Assembly (NCBI GenBank): GCA_964016885.1 | Contig: OZ024754.1 | Span: 26,412,001-26,476,000 of the forward strand | Direction: 5' to 3' | From: Eledone cirrhosa | Lineage: Eukaryota | Length of the DNA: 64,000 nucleotides | Part shown: positions 37,867 through 57,238 of the stretch, piece by piece | Numbering within the stretch: the first letter of the stretch is position 1 | How the letters are laid out: every line of letters begins with the position of its first letter | The notes under the pieces: generated by a model | Told to the model about the DNA's origin: nothing | Seen by the model: the letters and a program-made list of their open reading frames with translations, nothing else | The model's database searches: none | Position numbers and translations under genes: made by a program

Positions 37867-40155
37867 TATTAAAATAACAGATTAAAGTTTAAGCAAAGAA
37901 TCGCTGCTTTCACCCTTAACGGGATCTTCTGAAACTAACAATGTCAATCTGTAAACGCGGGCGGTGGTTTGTACCGTGACGATGGTCTTTTGACCATGAC
38001 TAAGTGCGGACCTCGTGCTTGCGACAGGTTCAGAAAAGAACTCACAGCCTTCTTTAAAGGCTTCAACCTCTCTATAGAGGTTGAGGCCAATCTCTCGATC
38101 GTTAATTACCTCGACGTTACCCTCAATTTATTGAATGGGTTGTATTACCCGTATAGAAAGCCGAATGATACGCTTAATTACATAAGTAAGCATTCCAACC
38201 ATCCTGCCAGCATAACCAAGAACCTGGTAAGAAACGTTTCGTTGAGGCTTTCCCGTCTTTCCACTAACGAACGTATTTTCAACGACCATTCCACTTATTA
38301 CAATGAAGCTCTTGCTCGAAGTGGATTTGTCGATAAGGTAGCATATACAGAGTACGAAAATAGACCTAGAAGTAATAGACCCCGTCGCATTTGTTGGTAT
38401 AACCCCCCATATAATATGGAGGTGGCCACACCATTAGCTAAGATCTTTCTTTCCCTTATTACGAAGCATTTCCCCCTACACATAAATATAGTAAAATCTT
38501 TAATAGAAATACTATTAAAATTTCTTACTCTACGACTCCTAACCTTGCACATAACATCACAGCTTCAAATTTAGCTAAACTACCTAGCCGTAGGAACACA
38601 TGCAACCCTGTAGCTAGTACTAACTGTAATTGCAGGAATCGGGCTGATTGCCCCCTATCCAGGAAATGCCTCTCTAATAACATTGTCTACAAATGTAAGG
38701 TTGTAACACCCACGTCCCGTAGGGCCTACATAGGGTTAACCGCCAATAGTTTCAAGCAGCGTCTTTACATGCATACCCATTCTTTTCGTTACCCTCTAAG
38801 AAGGAATATGACGTCACTTTCAGCTTATATCTGGAGTCTAAAAGACAACCACACCCAATATAAGTTACACTGGGAGATCCTAACTAGGGCTAGATCGTAT
38901 AACGGAAATAAAAGACCATGTGACCTCTGCGCCGCTGAGGCCCTGGAAATACTCTACGCCACAGACCACATCTTGAACAAAAAATCTGAGGCAATTTCGG
39001 CTTGTAAACATAAATTGCACAAAACTTTCCTGTATTACAGCCCCACGTTATACCCTAACGGATAGTACGATCTATACGTGGATATTTTACGTCTTGATGT
39101 GGGAGCTAAGTATATGTTTTGTTTATACCTTTACTTATTTGCATAGGTAAGTATATATTACCCGTATGTCTTGTGAAGGTACGTATACCTTCTCGTACGT
39201 ATATTTGATTGTTATGGCGTATAATTTTATATATTCTGGTACATATGGTTTGGCTATGTGTATACGGGAGTTTTGCGTCTGTGTGAGTATGCAGGTTCGT
39301 ACGTATGGTGGGTGTGTGTATATGTGTACTTCATGTTTTGGTTGACTTACGTCTCCGAACATTTGTGTGTTTATAAGAAAGGTATGTGTGTGCGCTTGTT
39401 ATATACGTATTTATTTATTTATATACGTTTATATAATTATTTATTTATTTGTATACACGCATACTCACACACGCACATATTTATATGTGCGGTGTTTTGT
39501 ATACCTATGGTAAGTTTTTGCGTATGCTCGTGTATGTACGTATTTGTTTGCGTGTATGTATTTATTTATTTCTATTACTTCTGTATTGTATTTATTTACT
39601 TTGTTCTTAACTCTGTAGCGGTGATTCATTTGGTCTCCTTGTTATAAATTTAGTCTACGACTTCTGCTATACCATTTATGTGGTTTTGTCTTTGCGTGCT
39701 ATTGTTCTCCACGCTCCACATATGACGTATTATCTTCGTTTTTTCGTTCATTGCCAGAGTACGTCTCTTTGCACCACCTAAGAGAACATTAGTCTACGAC
39801 CTCTTTTATACCATAAACGTGGTTCTGTCTTTGCGCGTAATTGTTTTTCACCGCTCCTATTAATGACGTATTATATTCGTTTTTTCCCGTTCTTTGCCAG
39901 CGAACGTTTCCACGAACCAAAGTATCGCCTTCCTGTCTTCCTCCGGTTGCAACGTTTTTTGAAATATCCAGCTCTGCGTTTACAGATTGACTTTGTTAGT
40001 TTCAGAAGATCCCGTTAAGGGTGAAAGCAGCGATTCTTTGCTTAAACTTTAATCTGTTATTTTAATAAATATTTGCTCTACGGTTCTTATATATTTGATA
40101 TATATTTATCCTTATCGAGCCCTCTTTGGATTTTAGTCTTCAAATTTATTCTTAT

Positions 40156-40158
<3 letters not shown>
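37867..40158 (+). mobile_element. 5'-truncated PLE, copy 2, with inverted terminal arm (37867-37958 = revcomp of 39976-40067) and 91-nt tail
   Basis: ORF pieces 37969-38574 and 38769-39065 (frameshift near 38475); TA flanks. Confidence 0.9.
39998..40048 (+). ncRNA. Hammerhead-like motif with U4A core (also 15454-15503 and inverted near 37886-37936)
   Basis: AGTTT-CAGAAGA-TCCCGTTAAGGGT-GAAA-GCA..TGC-TT-AAACT. Confidence 0.6.
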
Positions 40159-40193
<35 letters not shown>

Positions 40194-40374
40194 AAAAAGA
40201 AATTAAAAGATGGTTAAAAAAGTTTCATATATTTTATTATGCGCATTTCGAATACAAAATCATCCTGGGACAAAAATTGTGTTCTTATCAGATAAAATAA
40301 GGTAACATGATATGAAGCATAATAGCACTTGTTTACAGGAAAGTGCTAAGTCTCTCTCTCTCTCTATATATATA

Positions 40375-41120
40375 TGATGATGGCTGCCCCCTCGTTATCG
40401 AGTATGGCCATTGCACGAGAAAAAAAATATATACATACATATATATATATATATATACACACACATACACATACATATATATTAATAACAATAATAATAA
40501 CGACAACAACAACAATAATAATATATATATATATACACACACACGCACACACATAAACATATCTTTACACACACACACGATAGCAACTAACAGCGCTGCG
40601 ATCGAATGTGGCTTTTTAGCCCAGCCAATGATCTAAAATGTCTTGCACAGAGTCGGCAACCAAAACATTCACTGGGAATAGCCGGCTGTGGTTGAAGTTC
40701 ATGTACTTTTGCATGTCGCTTGAGCCCTCCTGCTGATTTACATTCTCTACCACATGTTTGGCAAGCATGATGAGTAGCATCTCCAACAGCAGCCTAGTAG
40801 TCAACCACTGGTCTTACTTTATGACTGCGAAGATGACTTTCGAGTCCAGCTTCGCACAGACGCTGCATGTCAGCACCATAGGAGGACCCTCGCCGTCTGG
40901 AAGTGCAACAGCAATGCCCTTCCTCACATCCCTTTTTGCTTTCTCGTATGCGATTCGAGTTGCCTCAAAGGCAACTTTTCCCTCATATACAGTCTTTCTC
41001 CATTTATTACGATCAGCAGCAATATTTTCCCATGTATCAGCAGAGATGTTAGCGTCTTTCAAAGAGGCTTTCAAAGAGGCTTTCAAGGAATCCTTATACC
41101 TCTTTTTTGGTTTATGTGGC
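40375..41120 (-). mobile_element. RTE-clade LINE 3' fragment, same family as 18248-18865
   Basis: KPKKRYKDSLKASLK..WENIAADRNKWRKTVYEG; C2H2 remnants; same 3' stem-loop; microsatellite expansion inside the 3' UTR. Confidence 0.85.
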
Positions 41121-41343
41121 TTCAACTATACGAACTCTTGAAAGTCAACAGTATACATATATATATATACATACATATATATATATATAAATGGAAAAAA
41201 AATGAAACGAAATTTCACTTCATTTCTCACTCTTAGTACGGCTGTTACTTAAATATAAGTATGTATACGTACATACATATATGTATACAGACGTACAGTA
41301 GTATGTATATATATACATACATGCACACAAATATATATGTACG

Positions 41344-41403
<60 letters not shown>

Positions 41404-41411
<8 letters not shown>

Positions 41412-42142
41412 ATGTATTTTGCAATACACTTTATGCTTAATTAAAAGCATTTTGAAGACCGTAAGCTATTGTTTTAAAGTAGTGACAAATTCACTTACTT
41501 TGATCTCAGCAAACAGGGGAGATAAGCCGACAAGGCCGTGTTTCGTTTTGGTTGAAGCTTATCAAGGCTAACTACCCCTCCTGTCTACCGAGATCACTGA
41601 TGTTATATTCTTATAGAAATCTAGTAAATAATCAGGAGCTGATTATGCAGAGCGGTTGTTGGTCATGCAGAAATTAAAAATTAGAATTGGAGCTCTGAAA
41701 TAGCAATATATATATGGATGTATATATAATGTATTTTGCAATACACTTTATGCTTAATTAAAAGCATTTTGAAGACCGTAAGCTATTCTAATTTTTAATT
41801 TCTGCCTGACCAACAACCGCTCTGCATAATCAGCTCCTGATTATTTACTAGATTTCTATAAGAATATAACATCAGTGATCTCGGTAGACAGGAGGGGTAG
41901 TTAGCCTTGATAAGCTTCAACCAAAGCGAAACAGGGCCTTGTCGGCTTATCTCCCCTGTTTGCTGAGATCAAAGTAAGTGAATTTGTCACTACTTTAAAA
42001 CAATAGCTTACGGTCTTCAAAATGCTTTTAATTAAGCATAAAGTGTATTGCAAAATACATTATATATATTGCTATTTCAGAGCTCCAATTCCATTATATA
42101 TATTGCTATTTCCATATATATATTGCTATTTCAGAGCTCCAA

Positions 42143-42148
<6 letters not shown>
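41404..42148. mobile_element. Complex fold-back PLE terminal element
   Basis: Arms about 41404-41687/41786-42069; internal direct copy of the arm start at 41720-41787; repeated junction pieces 42067-42148. Confidence 0.75.
41903..41947 (+). ncRNA. Hammerhead ribozyme, U3-A8 core variant (mirror 41525-41569, - strand)
   Basis: AGCC-TTGATAA-GCTT-CAACCA-AAGC-GAAA-CAGGGCCTTG-TC-GGCT. Confidence 0.78.
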
Positions 42149-42190
<42 letters not shown>

Positions 42191-42194
<4 letters not shown>

Positions 42195-42871
42195 AATAAA
42201 GTTCAGAGTTACTAACTCATATTGATACCCTGCAATTAAAAAGCTCAAAGTATAAATACTGAGCATTATATAATAATATATGTAGAAATAAACACAGTAA
42301 ATTGTGTGTCTAAAATTACGAGGGTTGAAATACCAGATTGGTTTGATAAATTTAACCTGAAGCAAACGGAAGATATAGAATAGATAAACAGACCATCTCA
42401 ATAACTATTTCATCTCTCGGACAGATTAGAGATTTAATCTGTTTCGCCCTGAAAATTGTGTTTGTAACAGATAATCCGTAGGCTTTCCTCAGCGAGAGAT
42501 AAGATCAAATGGAACAAACACATACAACTAAAAGACACACGAGCGAATATTTCACCTTGTGCGCTGGATGTTAGAAATGGTGTGAGTAGATATGCTAAAA
42601 ACAATAGCCTTAATACACCCAACTTATAAGCTCACCTAGTTAGGGAGCCGAAATATAAATAACATTCAGAGTTACTAACTCATATTGATACCCTGCAATT
42701 ATATAATGCTCAGTATTTATACTTTGAGCTTGTTAATTACAGGGTATCAATATGAATTATTTACTCTGAATTTTATTTGTATTTCGGCTCCCTAACTAGG
42801 TGAGCTTATAAGTTGGGTGTATTAAGGCTATTGTTTCATCAGAATTAAATTTTATTAGAAGTGGATGTAAG
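42191..42871. mobile_element. TA-flanked element with overlapping inverted repeats
   Basis: 42191-42274 is revcomp of about 42698-42781; 42599-42700 is revcomp of about 42735-42836. Confidence 0.55.
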
Positions 42872-43246
42872 ATATATATATATATATATATATATTGTTA
42901 TTCTTTGGGAGGGTCATGTTGCCAATAAGAAACACACGCACCAGTTGCTTTCACTTCAATTTATTATTATAATAAATTTATAATAAATTTATAAATTTAT
43001 AAATTTCTGGTTGGTTGGTTGGTTCCACAACCAGATAGTTGTTTATATATTGTCATAGTTCTTTCGTCACACACTCTGTGACCTCTTCAGTGACTGGGGA
43101 TTCCTTTCTTTGTTTCTGTGCCTCTCCTTTGTTCTGTCCTACGCCATTTTGTTTCTGTGTGTGTGTTGTGTGCTCAGTCTGCGCATGCGCCACATCCGGG
43201 TGTCTGTGTGTGTTTATGTTCATTTATTTATTTGTTTATTTACATG

Positions 43247-45700
43247 TTACTGGTTGGTTGTTTGTTTTATGGGTGTGTGTGTTTTCATTTTGTCCTTAAT
43301 TGTAAGTTGTGATGTTGCTGTTTTCTGTTGTGAATGTTTTCTATTTAATTTTGGTTGTAATTCTTTTATGTTTATTGCCTCTGTAATTTGTCTAAACATT
43401 GCGTCTTTTCTGTGTGTAGATTCTATTTTTATTTCTATGTTCTCTAATTTACCCTTGTGTTCTATTTTAGCATGTTGGTAGAGTACAGATGATTCTTTAC
43501 TATCTTGAAGGTCTCGCTAGTATTCATTTATCCGTTCCCCTACACTACGAGCTGTCTCACCTATGTACACTATATTTTTGTCTCTACATTGTCCTTCAGT
43601 ACATCTTATGCTATACACTACATTTCTAGTTTTACAGTTAATATGGGGGCTTATTTTACAGGTTATACATTTCTTATCTATACATGAGGGTCTTTGAAAA
43701 GGGTATGTCTTGCTAATAAGTGTTTTTACGGAGGTACCTGGTCTTTCTACTATCTTAATATTGAGTTTATGTTTATTTAGGGCCCTTCTAAATTTGTAAG
43801 CTAATTCACCTCTAGGGGTTGTATCGATGAACATTACACTCTGGTATTTATTGCTATCATACCATGAGTTTATTCTATTAGCCTTGTTCCTAGTTCTTTC
43901 TATTCTATTCCAAAATTTGTTCCTATACAAGGGGCAGGTCCCATTTATGTCATTATTTACCATTTTTTCCCATTTGGTTCTGGCTCCTCTATACACTCTG
44001 ATTTTATCTCTCTGATTGTAGCCAGAGAACTGCATACGGTGGATGAAGTGTTGTATGTGTCTCTCTAGTTCTTCGGGGTTGCACATGCGGGACACGTTTC
44101 TCATCACCCGTACCAAATCCGCAATCAGTATGTTGATTTTGGTATGGTCTGAAACGGCCGAGTTTCGGTGGATCAGATGTTTGGAAGTCATGGGTTTGGC
44201 ATAATGGGAATGGAGGATTTGTTTTTTGTTATTAATGGTATCTCACCAGAGCTCTGTGTCTAGTACAGGTAATCGATGGTTGGGGTGTTTACTTGGGTAG
44301 TCTATAGTAACTGTAATGCTCTGGTGGATGGAGTTAGCTATTTGCTGGATGCTTTCCATTGTGTTTTTCTCTAGTTCCTGACTGTTCTCTAGTGGGGGTG
44401 TCTTAACTACGATGTTTATATCATCAACGTAGCGGGAGTACATTATCAGGGTTAAGGGGTCTTCTAATTGTTCTTTAAGCTTAAGTTTAAGTCTACTGTC
44501 CCACCATACCATGAATAAGTTAGCTATGTCGCCTGCAATGCTAACACCAATGGCTGCTCCTTCCTCTTGGGCATATGTTTTTCCATTAAATTTGAACATA
44601 TGTTCCTTAAGGATTAGTTTTATGCTGGCCCCTACCGCATGTGCAATCATTTTCTTCAGTTTATCGTGGTTTTCGGGTGTCCGTATGGCTCTGGTCCACC
44701 CGTTCCATCTATCTGTGTGGGTTTTCTTGGCCATTGAGGTAATGGTAGGTGGTCTGCCTCTTGCTGGTCTTGTAGGGCATAGGTTGCTAAGGTCATATGT
44801 GTCTAGGTAATTATTACTATAGGTAAGTTTAAGTAGGAGTCCCAGCTCACTGGTATCAATCCCACGGAACTCAACATTGCTCTCACTGATCATTTCTACG
44901 CATTTCTCCACAGCAAAATCCACGTCAATAGATGGATACAGGGACACAACATCCATACTACCTATTATGCAGTTTGGTAGGTCCCTAGATCGGTTACTCA
45001 CGCCGATTCTGCTGAGGAGGAGGTCCTCCGTGCTGTCACATACATCTGAGGACATTTCGATGATGGGGCGTATGATCAGGGAGAGGAAGTAGGACAGTCT
45101 GTAGTTACTAGCAATGTTAGCTCCACAGACTGGCCGTGTTGGTGGTCCCGCGACAGGGTCACTGCCCGTTTTATGGTCTTTTCGAGGCCCATACAACGCC
45201 GGCACGTCATTGTTCCAGGCCTGGAAGTTGTTGGCAGTCCTTTTGTTGGGCTGCATTATATTCGTCCACATCACCATATGGGCATTGAGGGCTTTTTCCC
45301 TATCCTCATGCTCCTGTGGTGTTACCTCTCTTGTGTTAGTGATGTGGGGTTGCATTGCCTGGATGTATTTTGGCAGGCTGTCAACCGACATTCTGCCAGA
45401 CTTGTCTGTTGGAAAGCATGCTATCTCTCCATTGCGCGAGCGCTGCATGAGCTTACGCAAGCCATTTGCAGATTTTGCTCCCAGTTGCTGGGCCTCCATT
45501 CTAATATGCTTCTTGCTATACTGTTCTATAATATTTCTAAGTTCGGATCTAGCTATACTAAATTGTGCTTCTGTTTGTTCATTGACCTGCGACGGCAATT
45601 GCGTGCGTTTGTTAAATGGTAAAGTCGTGGCGGGGACTCGTCGCAGGTCGAACGATTTGTCGGAGGGATTATAAAAACTAGAGTTCCAGGCTGCTGCTTT
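43247..45700 (-). pseudogene. PLE RT-GIY-YIG ORF interrupted by two in-frame stops (TGA 44243, TAG 43517)
   Basis: ORFs 44243-45775 and 43517-44191 share a frame, which continues SVLYQHAKIEH..RQITEAINI..LNRK to TAA at 43247; the first ~24 aa of the 510-aa ORF come from the inverted arm. Confidence 0.85.
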
Positions 45701-45790
45701 ATGCAGACTGAGCACACAACACACACACAGAAACAAAATGGCGTAGGACAGAACAAAGGAGAGGCACAGAAACAAAGAAAGGAATCCCCA

Positions 45791-45833
45791 GTCACTGAAG
45801 AGGTCACAGAGTGTGTGACGAAAGAACTATGAC
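45791..45833 (+). ncRNA. Minimal hammerhead (also 43052-43094 - and 53865-53907 +)
   Basis: GTCA-CTGAAGA-GGTCACA-GAGTG-TGTGAC-GAAA-GAAC-TA-TGAC. Confidence 0.7.
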
Positions 45834-46047
45834 AATATATAAACAACTATCTGGTTGTGGAACCAACCAACCAACCAGAAATTTATAAATTTATAAATTT
45901 ATTATAAATTTATTATAATAATAAATTGAAGTGAAAGCAACTGGTGCGTGTGTTTCTTATTGGCAACATGACCCTCCCAAAGTATAACAATATCGGTTTC
46001 AACACACCATTTCAGATAAAGAATCTTGCTAAACAAATTCAGAAACG

Positions 46048-46103
<56 letters not shown>

Positions 46104-46627
46104 TTATTTATTTTTCAACATAGTCTCTGGAAAGAAATAATGCATGAAATTAATGCATGCAAGATTTCACCAGCACCAGCATTACTCATTCATAGTCAAC
46201 CTATGAACTTTTCAGCCCACCTTCGGAGATAACTTAGGACTAAACACACAACATCAAGGTATATATAATACATTTTCAAGTCTTAAATTTCACTCGAGTT
46301 TTAATCAATTGGATATTTCAAATGTATCATGAAATGTCAAACGATAGGACTAATTACTAGTTACTAATTGGTAGATATTTGGCATTAAATGGTGGCTGGA
46401 TCAGTAAAGAATACCATAAATCATCTATTAACGTGTTGCGTTGACATGCGTTTAATTCTCGATGGAGTCGTGTGGCCGGTGTTGTAATATATGTTGTGGA
46501 ATATCTTGGTCATTTAAACTTGGTAGAGTCCACTCCTCTCAGATATGGGTACAGTCGATTTCTTCTAGACAATGAGAGAATGAAAGAAAGAGGAAGTAAG
46601 AGATAGAGAGGATGAAATGACCGAAAT

Positions 46628-51887
<5,260 letters not shown>

Positions 51888-51924
51888 TTAGTATATCTAC
51901 CAACATATATATACAGATGCATAC

Positions 51925-52547
51925 CTATGCTAGCAAATATATAGGTTTTGTCTTAGTTACTTTGTGGTTCAATGCAAGGGGATGCAGAACAATTATATGA
52001 AAGACGTAAAATAAGAAAATTATAAAAATTAACTTACTTACTAAAATTTCAATCCAACTAATTTGTTTCTGAAAGGGAATAAACATGGTTTCCGAATGGA
52101 ACACATGGAGAAGGCCTTTCGTCATCAGGGGAGTCTATTCTCAGCTAAGTTCCCAGGCAATGCGTGGACACAGGGAACTTATACTATAGTTCATAGTAAT
52201 AGTTCGGCTACTGTCTTCTTAACACCCCACTCCTCACTGATTAACCTCGATGTCACGTGATTGATTCTTTTGAATTTGCCACCGACTAAGTAGGCAGTGA
52301 TTTTTTCAATGTCTTGGATCTTAGTCCAAGCTTGCTTTTTTCCATCCACTGAATTATTTTTGTATAAGTTCCCTGTGTCCACGCATTGCCTGGGAACTTA
52401 GCTGAGAATAGACTTCCCTGATGACGAAAGGCCTTCTCCATGTGTTCCATTCGGAAACCATGTTTATTCCCTTTCAGAAACTAATTAGTTGGATTGAAAT
52501 TTTAGTAAGTAAGTTAATTTTTATAATTTTCTTATTTTACGTCTTTC

Positions 52548-52552
<5 letters not shown>
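51925..52552. mobile_element. Fold-back PLE terminal element: tail 51925-51993, arms 51994-52183/52363-52552
   Basis: 190-bp inverted repeat; TA-rich flanks. Confidence 0.75.
52415..52493 (+). ncRNA. Hammerhead ribozyme with extended stem II
   Basis: TCC-CTGATGA-CGAAAGG..CCTTTCA-GAAA-CTAATTAG-TT-GGA; palindromic stem III. Confidence 0.68.
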
Positions 52553-52581
<29 letters not shown>

Positions 52582-53207
52582 GTGTGTGTATGTGTGTGTG
52601 TATATATATATGCGCGCGCGCGCGCGTGTGTTTGTGTGTGTGTGTAGGTGGAGTGAGAGAGAGAGTGAGAGAGAGAGAGAGAGAGAGAGGTTACACTACT
52701 TGAGACAACATATTTTTACAATCAAATGATATATTACAACCGTAATTAGAAAAAAAAAACATCATTAGCGTTAATGAAAATTTATTCACGAACGACTTGT
52801 GAAGTGCTGCAAAATTGAGATCTTCCTAGATTCTATGACTCTAAAATAAACGGAAGTTATGCAGGCGGATACGATGAGTGAGTCTGATTTTTTGGGATCT
52901 CATTGTAGCTCTTCAGAAAAGCCTAGACTCTTTAGATACCAAAATCGACAAAAATAATGTTTGTTGTTGAGTGGAATAGAGAGATGCTAATTGGGAAAAT
53001 TAAAATAAAATTTATGACATTGGAAATTTTCTCATGGGAAATTTTCTACATGAAGAACTGCTAGTTAATTACAAGCTATAATATTTGAGGTGTTTCGCCA
53101 ATTTGCAAATAAAAAAATTTAGATAAAAAATTATTCTTGGGTTTCTCACACAAATACACAAGCGCGCGCGCATACATACATAACTGCGCGTGCACACACA
53201 CACACAC

Positions 53208-53268
<61 letters not shown>

Positions 53269-53568
53269 TATTGAAATTTGCTTGAAGCATTGTGGAATAA
53301 TAAGGTAAATTTCTTTAAGTCGTTTGGAAGCCTCGACAATGCAGATGGGTAAATCTCCGGGTAACAAGATCCGGTGGCGGAGAGAGAGATGTAAGTGGGT
53401 GTACGTTGAGATGCGTGGCGTGTAGAAGACTGTAGCGTGTAGAAGAATGTAGGAAAGAGCGTAAAGGATAAAATAAAAATAAAACACGAGATAGAGTTAC
53501 CTTGGGAGAGATTTAATTGTCCCTATATATTTCGGATTCACATCCATCAACTGGGTTTTTTTTCTGGG

Positions 53569-53634
<66 letters not shown>

Positions 53635-53728
53635 AAAGGTTGTCTGTCGGAAAGGTGCGAAACGTGTCCTCCGCTGTTCGTTGTTTTGAATATCTGAGGT
53701 ATTCAGCAGAGCGCGCGTGATATATATA

Positions 53729-54118
53729 TATTGTTATACTTTGGGAGGGTCATGTTGCCAATAAGAAACACACGCACCAGTTGCTTTCACTCCAATTTTT
53801 TACAAAAACAAGATGGCGTAGGACAGAACAAAGGAGTGGCACAAAACAAAAAAAAGAATCCCCAGTCACTGAAGAGGTCATAGAATGTGTGACGAAAGAA
53901 CTTTGACAATATATGAACAACCGTCCGGTTGTGGAAGCAACCAACCAACCGGAAAATTATAAATTTTTTTAAATTTATAATTTAATTTATAATAAATTGG
54001 AGTGAAAGCAACTGGTGCGTGTGTTTCTTATTGGCAACATGACCCTCCCAAAGTATAACAATATCGGTTTCAACACACGTTTTCAGATAAAGAATCTTGC
54101 TGTACAAATTCAGAAACG

Positions 54119-54120
<2 letters not shown>
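53729..54120 (+). mobile_element. Mini fold-back copy of the 42893-46050 family
   Basis: Arms about 53729-53798/53994-54063, tail 54064-54120; same arm/tail boundary as the 3.1-kb copy. Confidence 0.85.
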
Positions 54121-54160
<40 letters not shown>

Positions 54161-54245
54161 CTAGGTGGTGCTATTAAGTTAGACATGGCCTATCAAAGTT
54201 ATATATACATACATACATACATACATACATACATACATACATACA

Positions 54246-54379
<134 letters not shown>

Positions 54380-54579
54380 CACACAAGTAAGCACACACAT
54401 ACAAACTTGAAACAGTTTCACCTTTTAAAGTTTGATAAATAAAAATACTAGTCCACATTTTAAAGAAATATTTCATTTATTTTATCAATAGGAGTCTGGA
54501 AGCACATATCTAGTCACTAAAGAATGTCGGTCAATAAAATGGAAATAGTTGATTCGGAATTTGAAATCTGAAGAGAAGT

Positions 54580-55027
54580 AATGATTTCTACTATAGGCAC
54601 AAGGCCAGTAATTTAGGGGGAGGGGAAAGTCGATTAAATCGAACCAGTACGTTACTGGTGCTTTAATTTGTCGATCCCGTAAGGATGAAAGGCAATGCTA
54701 ACCTCTGCGGAATTTGAACTCAAGTCATAAAGGGGCGTAACTCTATGCTGCAAAACATGGTGTCCGACGCTCTACCGATACTGCCAATCCACTAAATAAT
54801 AATTGTTTCTACTTTTGGCACAAGGCCAGCAAATCCACTAAAAATAATAATTGTTTCTACTTTTTGGCACAAGACCAGCAATTATCCCAGTGTATTACTG
54901 GTACTTTATTTTATCGACCCCTTAAGGATGAAAGGCAAAGTTAACCTCGGCGGGATTTGAATTCAGACCGTAAAGGGACGTAACTGTGCTGAAAAGCATG
55001 GCGCCCGACCCTCTACCGATACTGCAA
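54580..55027 (-). mobile_element. Tandem SINE cluster (two near-full copies plus a duplicated 3' end)
   Basis: Family motifs at 54580-54792, 54797-54832 and 54844-55027. Confidence 0.85.
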
Positions 55028-55499
55028 ATATTAAATAGCCCTAATTGCCTGAAATAATGTTTCCATTGGTCTTTCTATTGCTGACAATATTCACCTGTCA
55101 CAATGAAAGAAAAACAAAAAACAAAGCAAATAGACACAGATTTATTTAACATTTATTTTCTGCCTGTGTATTTTTTTAAAGCAAAATCTTCAAGTAGTTT
55201 GTCTATTGATCAAATGGAAAGTTTGTTAAATATGTTTCTGGTTGTGTTATATAAGATGATTATAAATAATTATAAGAGTAGTTTCACAGGAAAACATTTG
55301 TTTTATATCCCTCTGACGTGTTTATATTAACATTAGCTAAAACTCTTCTAAGAAACCGCCAGAATATTCAGACATCTTGACATATTAAGTCGTCTTACGT
55401 ATTATTCTTTCCCCCTTTTTTTATATTCTCTTTCATCTCCTTCCAACATTCTCAGTCTGCCATTTTTAATACGCATGCGAGTATATTCATATCTATCTA

Positions 55500-56048
55500 T
55501 CTTCGGTCCGGTCTTCAGAGGCTGGATCGCTGCCATGCACACCAGCATCTGCTCGGCAGTCAAGGTGAATGGCCAACTATCGGAGCCATTCCAAATCATA
55601 CGTTCTATCCGCCAGGGATGCCCTCTTTCCTCCATTCTGTATGTACTGACTCTCGAGTGATTACTGCGGAATTTGGAGCTGTTGCAGGGCATCCCAATCG
55701 AACTTAGGACTGCGGAAAGCAGCGTCAAACTATGCTGGCGACACAACCGTAATGGTAGTGAAAACCTCGGAAATCGGGGTAATCGGCAACCTATTACAGG
55801 AATACGAAACGTTGACAGGAGCAAGACTGTCGGTTTGCAACTCGGCACATGGAGAGGCAAACCCATGCCTTCCGACAGTGTCGTTGGACGCTGGACGGAA
55901 GGACCGGTGAAATTACTCGGGTTCTGGTTTGGTCCAGACCTCCAGGTGGACAAGAACTGCAACGAAGTCACGGCGAAGGTGTTTGCACTCACCCAGAAGT
56001 GGGCTGAGTGGATATTCTCCTTGAAAGTTCTAGCGGAAGTGGCGAACC
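55500..56048 (+). pseudogene. Tx1/L1-type RT fragment
   Basis: FGPVFRGWIAAMH..RSIRQGCPLS and VGLQLGTWRGK..GPDLQV, paralogous to 60915-61483. Confidence 0.85.
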
Positions 56049-56329
56049 CCAGCCACCTCCCACCCGCTTATTAAATTTTGCTAATCTATTTCCCGCGAAT
56101 TTTTATTGTAAATGATTCATATTGATTCTGGAGAATCTAATAATTATTTTATTTTACTTTAAAAATCATTATATATGACAAAAGAACATTACAAGAAATC
56201 CCATATTTACGAACGTACACTATACAATTACTGATTTCCCCACCCCCACCCCCATTATTGCAACCCCCTCCTATTATTTGGGAGCCGTGAGTGCCACCAA
56301 ACTCTCCTCCTCTGTCTATCTGTCCCAAT

Positions 56330-57039
56330 CTCACTCTGTATATCAATCACCCCTAAACTCTCACCCTCTCTATATCTACTACACGGCACTCTCTTCCAAC
56401 CCCCCTCTCTATATCAATTAACATCAAAGTCTCCTCCTCTCTACTACACGAAACTCTATATCAATTACCACCAAACCACCCCCCTCTCTATATCTAACAT
56501 ACAACACTCTCTCATTATCTCTCACTCTATCTATCACTATCAACCCCCCCTCTCTATATCTATCCATTCTTTCACTCTAGTCATTACCACCAAACTCTCC
56601 CCCTCTCTACATCTACTGCGCGGGACTCTCTTCCAATACACCTCTCTATATCAATTAACACCAAACTCTCACCCTGTCTATATCTACTACACGGTAGTCT
56701 CTTCCATTTCCCGTCTCCATATCAATTAGCACCATACTCTCCTCCATGTGTATCTAATCAATAAACATCAATCTATATCTAATATACAACACAATCTCCC
56801 AACCTCCCTCACTATATCAATTACCACCAAACTTTCCCCTCTCTATATCTACCATACAACACTCTGTCTGGTTCCCTCTCACTCTATCCATCACTACTAA
56901 ACTCTTCCCCTCTCTATATCTACCATACAACACTCTCTCCCAATCTCCCTCTCTATATCAATTATCACCAAACTCTCCCCCTCTCTATATCTACTATACA
57001 GTACTCTTTTCCAATCTCCCTCTCTATATCAATTACCAC
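56330..57039. repeat. Degenerate pyrimidine-rich minisatellite (unit roughly 60-65 bp); resumes at 62747-62880
   Basis: Repeated CTCTCTATATCAATTACCACCAAACTCTCCCCCTCTCTATATCTAC. Confidence 0.85.
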
Positions 57040-57238
57040 TTGATATAGACGTGAATTACTTCGCTCCGGATTTTTACGGATTATTGTAAAAAAAACCGAG
57101 TTCATTGCTCAATTTAATAGCATTGTTTAGTTTAACCCCTTGCCTGGGCCGTCAGACGTTGAGTCAACTAATTTTCGCCCCTTTCTGGGGCGAAATTTTC
57201 ATTTTCATCTCAAAACTGTGTAGACTTGGTAGTCAGCA

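Larger units (their letters stand above)
42893..46050 (-). mobile_element. Penelope-like element (possibly Nematis-like), 5'-truncated, inverted arms 42893-43181/45703-45992, tail 45993-46050
   Basis: RT: PTDKSG, RPV, MDVVSLYPSI, RYVDD, LPVLD; GIY-YIG: NVVYSIRC..YIGET; (TA)n both sides. Confidence 0.9.

Noticed and set aside
42771-42846. Minus-strand CTGATGA..GAAA as a hammerhead
   Set aside because: The bases after the core do not pair with those before GAAA; probably rearranged
44243-44245. In-frame TGA in the PLE RT as possible recoding
   Set aside because: Not an evident Cys position, and the same frame also has a TAG at 43517; ordinary decay
56330-57039. Repeat array as CRISPR-like
   Set aside because: Degenerate tandem units with no unique spacers, no cas genes, eukaryotic context
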